Notes under the pieces: generated by a model
The model's database searches: none
What the model saw: the letters and a program-made list of their open reading frames with translations, nothing else
What the model was told of the DNA's origin: nothing
From: Terriglobales bacterium
GTDB taxonomy: Bacteria; Acidobacteriota; Terriglobia; Terriglobales; Acidobacteriaceae
DNA: 64,000 nt
Direction of reading: 5' to 3'
Assembly: GCA_035504195.1 (NCBI GenBank)
Contig: DATJSG010000016.1
Span: forward strand, 284,828-348,827
Shown here: positions 17,980 to 25,747 of the stretch, piece after piece
How positions within the stretch are numbered: position 1 is the first letter of the stretch
Layout of the letters: each line of letters starts with the position of its first letter
Position numbers and translations under genes: made by a program

Positions 17980-19385
17980 TGCGCTTCGGGAAGGTTCAAA
18001 GAGAGGGACCGAGGAACTGCTTCGGCGCTCGTCATTTGATCGGAGCGGCCGATGATCCAATCGCAGTTATAGAACTTGCTCAGGTGGTTCGAGTAGAACC
18101 GATAGCCGAGGTTGGTGGCCAACCGTACGCCCCAGGGGGCCGGGGAATGCGGCAAGCGGGCCAGGATCGAGGAAACGCTGTAAGCGTGTTTCCAGGCAAT
18201 TTCAGTGCCTCGTTCCAGCTCTCGAATGCTCATCCGCTTGGGTTGAAAGACGACGTGTTGGCCATCGTAGAGTTCCCAGTTGCGGGTTAGGATTCGGCCT
18301 TCACTCTCGAGTCGGCTGTAAAGAGCGGTTCCAGGAAACGGCGTCACAATTGCGAACCGAGGAAGATCGATTTTCGCGGCCACGGCAAACTTCGCGGTTT
18401 TCATGAAGACGTCGGCATCATCGCCGTCCAATCCGAAAACGAAGCATCCCTGCAACGCGATGCCATGATCGTGAAGATTTTCAACTATGCGAACAAAGTG
18501 CTCAGGAGAATTGAACGCTTTTTTGCTTGCACGCAAGTTCTCAACTGAAACGGACTCCAGCCCCATGAGCAATCCGCGACAGCCGCTTCTCGCGGCCATG
18601 TCCAACAACTGCGGATCTTCCGCGAGCAGTACGGTTGCCAACCCATACCACTGCACACGCATGGGGATCAGCGCCTTGAATAAGCGAATTGCGTAGCCGC
18701 GATCGGCGATGAGATTGAGGTCTACAAAAATCAGTTTTCGAGCGCCATGCTGCCGGATGTCCTCGACTACGTCTTCGACAGGTTTTTGTAATGGCTTGCG
18801 TCCCCAGGCCGCCGGCACAACGCAGAAGTCACAGTTATGCACGCAACCACGCGTAGCCTCAAAAACACTATTCGTCAGAAAACGTCTTGAGGGGAGGAGA
18901 TCGCGACGCGCAAACGGCCGCCTCGCAAGGTCGAGATCGGGAGCCTGGTCGTATCTTCGCTGCATCCGGCCAGCCGCAAAGTCGCGAAGCAATTGTGGCC
19001 AGGTATCTTCGGCATAGCCAACGATGATCGAATCTGCGTGTGGCTGCGCGTCATCGGGAACGAGGGTGACGTGAGGTCCACCTAGAACTGTAGCAATCCC
19101 GCGTGATCTGAAATGTCTTGCCAGGTCATACGCGCGCGGGGCAGTGCCTGTAATTACAGTCAATCCGACAAGGTCGGCATCAAGGGATTCTGGAACTTCC
19201 TGGATGCCCTCATCGATGAGCGTGACCTCAGCGTTCATTTGAGGAGGGATCAGGGAGGCAAGAGTAGTCAGCGTCAACGGTTGGTAACGCAGAGACTTAC
19301 GGAAAATTCCTCCACGATGGCGGTAAAGCGGCCCTTTCGGAGAAACGAGAGCCAGTCGCAAGGGTCGTCCATCACGAGGCAACAC
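17976..19385 (-). CDS. B12-binding-domain radical SAM protein (paralog of 16621..17979)
   Basis: GTG start preceded by GGAGGTGG. The B12-binding-like region is DLVGLTVITGTAPRAYDLARHFRSRGIATVLGGPHVT. The CxxxCxxC motif is in TRGCVHNCDFCVV. The overall layout is collinear with the downstream paralog. Confidence 0.8.
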   Translation of the reverse strand: MLPRDGRPLRLALVSPKGPLYRHRGGIFRKSLRYQPLTLTTLASLIPPQMNAEVTLIDEGIQEVPESLDADLVGLTVITGTAPRAYDLARHFRSRGIATVLGGPHVTLVPDDAQPHADSIIVGYAEDTWPQLLRDFAAGRMQRRYDQAPDLDLARRPFARRDLLPSRRFLTNSVFEATRGCVHNCDFCVVPAAWGRKPLQKPVEDVVEDIRQHGARKLIFVDLNLIADRGYAIRLFKALIPMRVQWYGLATVLLAEDPQLLDMAARSGCRGLLMGLESVSVENLRASKKAFNSPEHFVRIVENLHDHGIALQGCFVFGLDGDDADVFMKTAKFAVAAKIDLPRFAIVTPFPGTALYSRLESEGRILTRNWELYDGQHVVFQPKRMSIRELERGTEIAWKHAYSVSSILARLPHSPAPWGVRLATNLGYRFYSNHLSKFYNCDWIIGRSDQMTSAEAVPRSLSLNLPEAQ

Positions 19386-19536
19386 GCGATACCACCTCCG
19401 GCCAACCGATCAGCCACTGGAAAAACTGCTTGAAATCCTTGGCGGAGATATTATAGTTATCCTCCACTTTGTCAAGTAATGCTGCCTCAGACAGTCGAAA
19501 ACAAGATTGAACGGAGCGACGAGTAGCAAATTTGTT

Positions 19537-20466
19537 ATGGCGAATGCGCCTCCACGTCTGTCGATCGTGCAGATTGCGGACCACGCCCATCGTTGCCGTA
19601 CCGACCGATCTCCTCTCGAAACTGACCTTCCCATCGATTTCACAAAACCTTTCGTCTGTCCCAGTTTGACAGCCCTCTATTACACCCCATTTTGGAGCAA
19701 ATTGGAGCCCACGGATCAGTTACGGTACACGCAACTATCCGCTCTGTCGTTCAACGAGTTGATCGCATGGTTTGAAAGAGGGTTTAGCTCAACGTTGCGG
19801 GCACTTATGCGAAGCGATCGGTTGCCGGAGGAGTTGAAATCACTCTTGCCAGGTTTTCTCGAGGACGAGTGCCGGCATCAGGAGATTTGGTGGACTCTCA
19901 ACCGTCGTGTCGATCCCGTGCGATATTCACGCAATATTGCGTCGATCTCTAAGATAGCTCCGGCGGGGCGCGCTTTGATGAGTTGGCTGGCCAGCCGTCC
20001 GCTGGATTATCCCGTTGTCATTTGGCTCATGCTTGTTCTGGAAGAACATGGCAACGAGATTGCTCGCCGTTGCGCAGCAAGACGACCCGACGAGATCGAA
20101 CCCCACTTCGCAGCGGCCTATCTCGCGCACGTTCGCGATGAGATCCGCCATGTTCAGATCGACTGGCATTTGCTGGATTCGCTGTGGCCGTCGCTCCGGG
20201 GATGGCGTCGGCGCATGAACATCGAGCTCTTCCGGTTGGTGATCGCACGCCTGTTGTTTAAGACAGAGCATGCTTCGATGTCGGTTGTGGAAGAACTTGT
20301 CCGGGAAAGGCCCCGACTTCGGCTATTGCTGCCGCAACTTCGCACACAGCTGCGCGAAGTCAGTCAGGACCGGGAATTTAGAAGCATGATGTTGTCCGCC
20401 CGATCGACTCCTATTGTTTTCCATCTTTTGGATTTGTTTCCCGAGCTCGAGAGCGTAATCGCGTGA
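19537..20466 (+). CDS. AurF-like ferritin-fold diiron oxygenase
   Basis: Carboxylate/His motifs are spaced as in diiron proteins: LEDECRHQE, LEEHGNE, VRDEIRHVQ. The start is ATG 19537, or alternatively TTG 19507. Confidence 0.55.
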   Translation: MANAPPRLSIVQIADHAHRCRTDRSPLETDLPIDFTKPFVCPSLTALYYTPFWSKLEPTDQLRYTQLSALSFNELIAWFERGFSSTLRALMRSDRLPEELKSLLPGFLEDECRHQEIWWTLNRRVDPVRYSRNIASISKIAPAGRALMSWLASRPLDYPVVIWLMLVLEEHGNEIARRCAARRPDEIEPHFAAAYLAHVRDEIRHVQIDWHLLDSLWPSLRGWRRRMNIELFRLVIARLLFKTEHASMSVVEELVRERPRLRLLLPQLRTQLREVSQDREFRSMMLSARSTPIVFHLLDLFPELESVIA

Positions 20467-21383
20467 CCAGAGTCCACGAAATCCCTAACGCAGCCAATGC
20501 GGTTGTCGTGGCGGTGCAACTCTCTGTCGTAGCCCTCTGCATCGCGGAGTGCAGAACGGCCAACGGCTGGTGGTGCATTGTGATCGGAGCCATGTTCGTA
20601 TTGACCTTGAATTCGGTTTATTTTGCAATTCATGAGGCGGAGCATGGCCTCTTGTTCTCCAACCGCAGATGTAACGAACTAGCGGGGACGATTCTCTCTG
20701 TCCTGCTTCCCGCCCCATACACTTTCATCCGCAATGTCCATCTCGCACACCATGTGCATAATCGTTCGGACGACGAAGTCTTTGATCTGTACTTCGAAGA
20801 AGATCCGGCCTGGTGGAAGAAACTGCAGTTTTTCGGCATTCTCACTGGAGGCTTTTGGCTGAGCCTGGTTGTCGGCAATATTGCGCTCGCTGTGGTACCC
20901 ATGCGATGGCTCTCGAAAGCCGTGGAGATCGACCGTCCTTCTGCGGCGGTGGTGCGCTATGTCAATCGGCGAAATCAGTGGTGGATCCGGGCAGAGGCCT
21001 GGATGGTCCTTCTTTTTCATTCGACAGTTTGCTGGCTGCTAGGGCCGCGGGCAATCAGGTACGGTCTGATGTACCTTGTCTTCGGTATGAGCTGGTCAAC
21101 GCTGCAGTATGTTCATCATTATGGGACTTGCCGGGACGTGCTGCGAGGCGCGAAGAATTTGCGTTACGGGTGGCCGCTTGATGTGCTGTGGCTCAATCAT
21201 GGCTGGCACTTGACTCACCATCTTCATCCCACGGTGTCATGGCTGCATTTGCGCCGAGTCGCGAGAGAGGATGAGCCTCGCGTGGAATCACTGGGCAGCG
21301 CTTATCTGAAAATGTGGCGAGGTCCACTGCTGACCAGCGAACGTGTGCAGAATCGCTATGACGGATACGTTGTACAACAGTAA
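20463..21383 (+). CDS. membrane fatty-acid desaturase family protein
   Basis: The histidine boxes are HEAEHG, HLAHHVH and HLTHHLH, and there are several TM helices. The GTG start overlaps the upstream stop (GTGA). Confidence 0.75.
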   Translation: MTRVHEIPNAANAVVVAVQLSVVALCIAECRTANGWWCIVIGAMFVLTLNSVYFAIHEAEHGLLFSNRRCNELAGTILSVLLPAPYTFIRNVHLAHHVHNRSDDEVFDLYFEEDPAWWKKLQFFGILTGGFWLSLVVGNIALAVVPMRWLSKAVEIDRPSAAVVRYVNRRNQWWIRAEAWMVLLFHSTVCWLLGPRAIRYGLMYLVFGMSWSTLQYVHHYGTCRDVLRGAKNLRYGWPLDVLWLNHGWHLTHHLHPTVSWLHLRRVAREDEPRVESLGSAYLKMWRGPLLTSERVQNRYDGYVVQQ

Positions 21384-22068
21384 CGCGGTTGCGATTGACT
21401 GGCCGGTCCACCGTCGACTGATCATGGTCCTGCTCGGCTATATTCCAATGCTTTTGTCAGGCCTCGTCGTATCTTGTATCGTACTTCCCGCGCGACGGTG
21501 GGGCCTGGTCAAAGGAGTGGCATGCGGCGTAATTGTCTTCTATGTTTTTCCGCCGCTGGCTTTTCGCGTGGCGTCCCTTTTATTCAAACCTCAGCCGGGA
21601 CGGCATTCGGTCGCATCCGCCGATTTCCTGCGTTGGTGGTTGTCTGCGCAATGGCAAGTGATTTTTAATCGCTTGCCAATGTTCGAGGAACTGCTTCGAA
21701 TCGTTCCCGGACTCTACTCAGCCTGGCTTCGTCTGTGGGGGGCGAAGATCGGCTCACTCGTGTATTGGAGTCCCGGAGTTGCGGTACTGGATCGAGCCTT
21801 CGTATGCATCGGCAGCCGCGTGGTGTTTGGCGCGGGCGTGCGACTCAATCCTCATGTGATTGTTCCAGGTAAGAAGCGGGAAGCTCAACTGTGGCTCGCT
21901 CCCGTGACCTTGGGCGATGACGCCCTGATCGGAGGTTACAGTCTGATTACCGCCGGCTGTACCGTTCCGGCCGGAGTTTCTCTGCCAGCCGGCAAATACG
22001 TTCGACCGTTTTCCACCTGGCAAGATAACGAATCGGCCCAAAGCCGATACGAGGGCGATTCGGATTGA
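21358..22068 (+). CDS. membrane-anchored hexapeptide-repeat (left-handed beta-helix) acyltransferase
   Basis: It has N-terminal TM helices followed by imperfect hexapeptide repeats (IGSRVVFGAGVRLNPHVIV ... VTLGDDALIGGYSLITAGCTVPAGVSL). The start is uncertain (21343, 21358 or 21424). The first two options overlap the desaturase 3' end. Confidence 0.55.
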   Translation: MTDTLYNSNAVAIDWPVHRRLIMVLLGYIPMLLSGLVVSCIVLPARRWGLVKGVACGVIVFYVFPPLAFRVASLLFKPQPGRHSVASADFLRWWLSAQWQVIFNRLPMFEELLRIVPGLYSAWLRLWGAKIGSLVYWSPGVAVLDRAFVCIGSRVVFGAGVRLNPHVIVPGKKREAQLWLAPVTLGDDALIGGYSLITAGCTVPAGVSLPAGKYVRPFSTWQDNESAQSRYEGDSD

Positions 22069-22751
22069 GCCGATCTTTACATTCCGCGTTACTGAGCCGA
22101 CTTCGATCGAACGTGGGATTGAAAATTGTTATGTTGCTCACCTTGCCCGTTGCCGTGACAGTTGGCTATCTTGCGATCCAGCGCGCTGTTGTTTTTCCAG
22201 ACGGTAGAGTTCCTCTGACGTGGTTCGACCACGTTATTCCTTTTCAGCCGCGTTGGGTCTGGGTCTATCTCTCGATGTATTTACTCAATCCCATTGGGCC
22301 TCTGTTCACCCGGTCGCGCGAGGACTTATTCCGGTATGCCCGCGGCATTCTGTTCTTTTTCGTTTGTGGATTCGTGTGCTTTGTATTCTTTCCAGTCCCG
22401 GGACCGCGGCCGCCTCGCGCGGACGATTTTTGGCTGTATCAGAGGCTTATTCTCGTTGATCGCCCCTACAATTCCTTTCCCTCCTTGCATGCCGCGTGTG
22501 CAGTTTATGCGGTTCTCTTCGCGGCCTACGCATCGTGCGATACATCGCGTCCCCATCTGAGAATTTCGCTGCTTTCTCTGGCATGGCTGTGGGTTGGCCT
22601 GATCTTGTATTCCACCGTAGCTACTCGTCAGCATTTCGCGATCGACTTGCCCGCCGGAATGTTCCTGGGCTGGCTTGCGCAATCGCTTTTTGTCAGTCGG
22701 AGCTCGCGTGCATCGAGCAAGACAGCTTTCGTCGACAGAGAGGCTGCGTGA
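22065..22751 (+). CDS. PAP2-superfamily membrane phosphatase/phosphotransferase
   Basis: It is polytopic. SFPSLHAACAV and TRQHFAIDLPAG match PAP2 C2/C3-type motifs, as in PAP2_C / IPC- or SM-synthase-like proteins. The TTG start overlaps the upstream stop (TTGA); an alternative ATG is at 22131. Confidence 0.6.
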   Translation: MSRSLHSALLSRLRSNVGLKIVMLLTLPVAVTVGYLAIQRAVVFPDGRVPLTWFDHVIPFQPRWVWVYLSMYLLNPIGPLFTRSREDLFRYARGILFFFVCGFVCFVFFPVPGPRPPRADDFWLYQRLILVDRPYNSFPSLHAACAVYAVLFAAYASCDTSRPHLRISLLSLAWLWVGLILYSTVATRQHFAIDLPAGMFLGWLAQSLFVSRSSRASSKTAFVDREAA

Positions 22752-23797
22752 TTCAGGAATCCCAATGCGCCATGCTCGCGCCTCCCCGGGCGGAAGCCTT
22801 CCCCGACTCACCTATGGGCTGGTACATACTTGGCCAATCGCACGAAATAACGAGTCGACCGAAAGCTATGGAGTTATTCGGCGAACGGCTTGTTTGCTTC
22901 CGTCTGTCCTCAGGAAGAGCGGTAACGATGGATGCGCGCTGTTGGCATCTAGGCGCCGACCTTTCCAAAGGCGTGGTTGCGGGTGATCAGATCGTTTGCC
23001 CGTTTCATGGTTGGCGATATGGAGCATCCGGAGATTGCGAGTTCATACCAAATCAGGAAGGCATCCCCGCCGCCCGCCAGCGGACTTATCAGACAGAAGA
23101 GCATGCGGGCTACGTGTTTGTCTTTCCATGCGATGTCTGCGACTACCCACCGCCATTCTTCGCAAGTATCGACCGGGCCGAACTCATCGCGGCTCCGTCG
23201 TTTGAATTTTTCATCGAGTGTCCTTGGTGGTTGGTAGGCACGAATGGCTTCGATCTTCAGCACTTCACCGGCTTACATCATCGCCGCCTCGTGGGCTTGC
23301 CAGCGATTGAATCACCCCATCCGGCAGCGCGGAGAATCGTGACGACCTTTGAGATTTGCGGAAGCAATTGGCAAGATCGACTCACACGAAGGGTTGCAGG
23401 TTCCCGAGTGACCATGGACGTGACCATTTGGTCTGGGACACTGGCGTTCGTCATGGCGCACTTTCACGATTCGGCGACTGCGGATCCCCGCTCCACGCGA
23501 ACCACCAGTTACGGCATGACCGAGATCCGGGCCCTTTCATCTCCGCGGGAACAGAGATCGCACGTGCGAGTAACGATCTTCCGCAAAAGGCGGCCCGGGT
23601 TAGCCATGCTTGACTGGCTGGACGTGCGAATCAAGCGATATTTCATTCATGCCTTCCTGAAGCCTGATACACTCCTGCTGACCCGGGCCCGGTACAACCG
23701 TGACCACTTGATCCATGCTGACCGGCAGATGATCGACTATCTTTGCTGGCTGGCGGCTGTTTCCAGCAAACGTTCTAATGCGAAGGAGCCGACATGA
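22748..23797 (+). CDS. Rieske [2Fe-2S] non-heme-iron oxygenase
   Basis: The GTG start overlaps the upstream stop (GTGA). The Rieske motif is CWHLGADL...CPFHGWRY. The mononuclear iron motif is NGFDLQHFTGLHH (D-x2-H-x4-H). Confidence 0.75.
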   Translation: MIQESQCAMLAPPRAEAFPDSPMGWYILGQSHEITSRPKAMELFGERLVCFRLSSGRAVTMDARCWHLGADLSKGVVAGDQIVCPFHGWRYGASGDCEFIPNQEGIPAARQRTYQTEEHAGYVFVFPCDVCDYPPPFFASIDRAELIAAPSFEFFIECPWWLVGTNGFDLQHFTGLHHRRLVGLPAIESPHPAARRIVTTFEICGSNWQDRLTRRVAGSRVTMDVTIWSGTLAFVMAHFHDSATADPRSTRTTSYGMTEIRALSSPREQRSHVRVTIFRKRRPGLAMLDWLDVRIKRYFIHAFLKPDTLLLTRARYNRDHLIHADRQMIDYLCWLAAVSSKRSNAKEPT

Positions 23798-24438
23798 TCT
23801 CGAGATCTGCAGTCGTTGTGATCACGCTGTTTGCTCTGGCAGTTGCTGTCATTCCTGCGGCGGCGGTTGATAACCCCTCAACTCCCCAGACCGTCGATGA
23901 GTCTAGCGCTGGGTTGGATCATTTGCGCGCTGCGCTGAAGGACGCATACGCGAAAGGCGACATCGACGCCATGATGCGTTACCTTCACCCCGACGTGGTC
24001 GTTGTTTTTCCGGATGGCAGCATCTTGAAAGGCCCTCAGGCTTTTCGCAACTACTATCAACAAATGATGACTGCTCCGAACCACCGCGTAGTCAGCTATT
24101 CTGCCGATCCCCAAGTCGAATCCCGGACCGTGCACAATGATGTCGGTCTTTCCTATGGCTATATGAACGATCGATACGTTCTCAATGACGGCAGGAGTTT
24201 TGCTCTGAATAGTCGGTTCACGGTGACCGTTTTCAAGTCCCCGGACGGACCAAAAGACACAGATGGCTGGATGATCCGTAGTTTTCATTCGTCTGCCGAT
24301 GCCTTCGATAATCCCATCATCACGATGGTTGCTCAAGGCGTCTTTTGGAGGGCGGGAATTGGTGGTGCGGTTGTGGGTACAGTGCTTGGTTTGATTGTTG
24401 GCATCTTCGCTCGTCGCCGGAAAACATCGACCACTTAA
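23794..24438 (+). CDS. NTF2/SnoaL-like (DUF4440-type) protein with signal peptide and C-terminal TM anchor
   Basis: The ATG overlaps the upstream stop (ATGA). The signal-like N-terminus is MISRSAVVVITLFALAVAVIPAAA. DIDAMMRYLHPDVVVVFPDG is SnoaL-like. The C-terminal hydrophobic tail is GIGGAVVGTVLGLIVGIFARRRK. Confidence 0.5.
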   Translation: MISRSAVVVITLFALAVAVIPAAAVDNPSTPQTVDESSAGLDHLRAALKDAYAKGDIDAMMRYLHPDVVVVFPDGSILKGPQAFRNYYQQMMTAPNHRVVSYSADPQVESRTVHNDVGLSYGYMNDRYVLNDGRSFALNSRFTVTVFKSPDGPKDTDGWMIRSFHSSADAFDNPIITMVAQGVFWRAGIGGAVVGTVLGLIVGIFARRRKTSTT

Positions 24439-24468
24439 CGAAAAGCCTTCGCAAAAATTAGGACGACG

Positions 24469-24585
24469 ATGAAACGGATCGCTATTCTCAGCGATCCAGA
24501 ACCGGCTCAGATTCTTGCCTTGTGGACACATTCGCAAAAGAGCATGGTGTCCATTCTCGGCTCAGCACGGAAGAATGCCGACTAG
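24469..24585 (+). pseudogene. possible C-terminal remnant of the IS4-like transposase
   Basis: The short ORF MKRIAILSDPEPAQILALWTHS... weakly resembles the FKRLKS..L...DP..A..WL segment near IS4 transposase C-termini. It lies just inside the right IR. The similarity is judged from memory only. Confidence 0.3.
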
Positions 24586-24733
24586 ACAACTAGTTCGCTA
24601 GAAGATCGCACCGGAAACTGGCTGTCGCTATACTTAACCCGTACACCGTTAGACAACTCACACAATGCTCTAAACGGCGTTCCACGCGAGAAAGTCAGAC
24701 TCCAAACCGCAGTAAAGCATGCTTTCATCTACG

Positions 24734-24753
24734 TCCTTAAGTTAGCGCTTATG
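24734..24753 (-). repeat. right terminal inverted repeat
   Basis: TCCTTAAGTTAGCGCTTATG is the exact reverse complement of 12541-12560. Confidence 0.85.
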
Positions 24754-24870
24754 GGGGGGACCGACCGCAAGCAAAAATTCCCAGACGGCGCCCGGACGGA
24801 AGAAGGCGCAGGGCAAACCGGCGCCGCGGCCTGGAGTGAAAGAAGGGGCTAAAGGCCAAGCGCCAACAGC

Positions 24871-25332
24871 CTATTTCTTATACAACGTCGGCACCGGGCC
24901 TTGTTCCAGCGTCTTGCGGTCCCAGATCCAGCCTTCGCGGGTGTAGCTGGCGAGTTCGAAGTCCTGGGTGAGTTCGAGGGCGTCGACGGGGCAGGCGTCT
25001 TCGCACAGGCCGCAGAACATGCAGCGGCTCAGGTCGTAGGTGAAGTTGGTGAGTTCCTTGCGGCGGGTTTGCTCATTGCGCGCGCTGGAGACGACGATCA
25101 GATTCTCCGGGCATGCCAGCGCGCACAGATCGCAGGCAATGCACATGGTCTCGTCGGTGTCGGGATTGACGTTCAGCCTCGGCGCTCCGCGGTAGCGCTC
25201 GGCCACCTGGGGCCGCTCCAGCGGATACTGCTCGGTATAAATTTCCTTGGGGTCCTGATAGCGAAAGGTAATCTTCAGGCCCTGGAACAGATCCACCAGA
25301 AGCACTTTACGCAGCAGGCTTGGCATGCCCAT
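24871..25332 (-). CDS. nuoI: NuoI-like 2x[4Fe-4S] ferredoxin subunit (stand-alone)
   Basis: YPLERPQVAERYRGAPRL, CIACDLCALACP and CMFCGLCEDACPVDAL are NuoI hallmarks. No other nuo genes are adjacent. Confidence 0.75.
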   Translation of the reverse strand: MGMPSLLRKVLLVDLFQGLKITFRYQDPKEIYTEQYPLERPQVAERYRGAPRLNVNPDTDETMCIACDLCALACPENLIVVSSARNEQTRRKELTNFTYDLSRCMFCGLCEDACPVDALELTQDFELASYTREGWIWDRKTLEQGPVPTLYKK

Positions 25333-25515
25333 ACGGGCTTAGGATACCACCGAACCGGCTTGCCTAAAAGTTTGGCATCGCCAGCACCCATCGCCGACCG
25401 GTGCAGCAGCCGAAGTGGAATCTTCCGTGTTCCCCCATGTCCTCTGTGCTTTAACAAGTCTGTTCCGCCGGGAACCTTTTTCGCGCCTCGCCCGTATCTA
25501 TGGACAGTGAGCGTC

Positions 25516-25671
25516 ATGAAAGCCTATTTCGCCAACCTGCCGATGAGAACGTGGCTGCTCATTGTCGTGCCGTGCGTGCTGATTGCCTATCCGGTCCTGC
25601 GGCTCGTGATTCCGGCAGTCGTCCACGCCGTCGTACCTGAAGTCGTGCTCTCGGTTCTGCGGGTCATCTGA
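25516..25671 (+). CDS. small hydrophobic protein (hypothetical)
   Basis: This is the 51-aa tail of ORF 24901..25671, MKAYFANLPMRTWLLIVVPCVLIAYPVLRLVIPAVV... The rest of that ORF is antisense to nuoI. Confidence 0.3.
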   Translation: MKAYFANLPMRTWLLIVVPCVLIAYPVLRLVIPAVVHAVVPEVVLSVLRVI

Positions 25672-25747
25672 GCCGCTACAATACAAATCGTACGACGACT
25701 TGGATGCTCGATCCGAAATCTTCATCGATAGCCGCATCCCGCGAACC

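Larger units (their letters stand above)
12541..24753. mobile_element. IS4-like element remnant bounded by 20-bp inverted repeats and carrying an 11-gene cargo
   Basis: There is a perfect inverted repeat at both ends. A transposase N-terminal fragment lies just inside the left end and a possible C-terminal remnant just inside the right end. The flanking genes are housekeeping. Confidence 0.6.

Noticed and set aside
22496-22747. Long N-terminal extension of the Rieske oxygenase ORF overlapping the PAP2 gene.
   Set aside because: The extension overlaps the 3' end of the PAP2 gene in another frame. A GTG at 22748 gives the same 4-nt stop/start overlap seen at most other junctions of the operon, and it sits just before the Rieske domain.
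13135-24438. The island as a RiPP cluster or a phage-defence system.
   Set aside because: I found no short precursor-peptide ORF next to the radical SAM genes. I also found no nuclease, ATPase, helicase, methyltransferase or abortive-infection-type domains. The content is dominated by lipid or small-molecule tailoring enzyme families.
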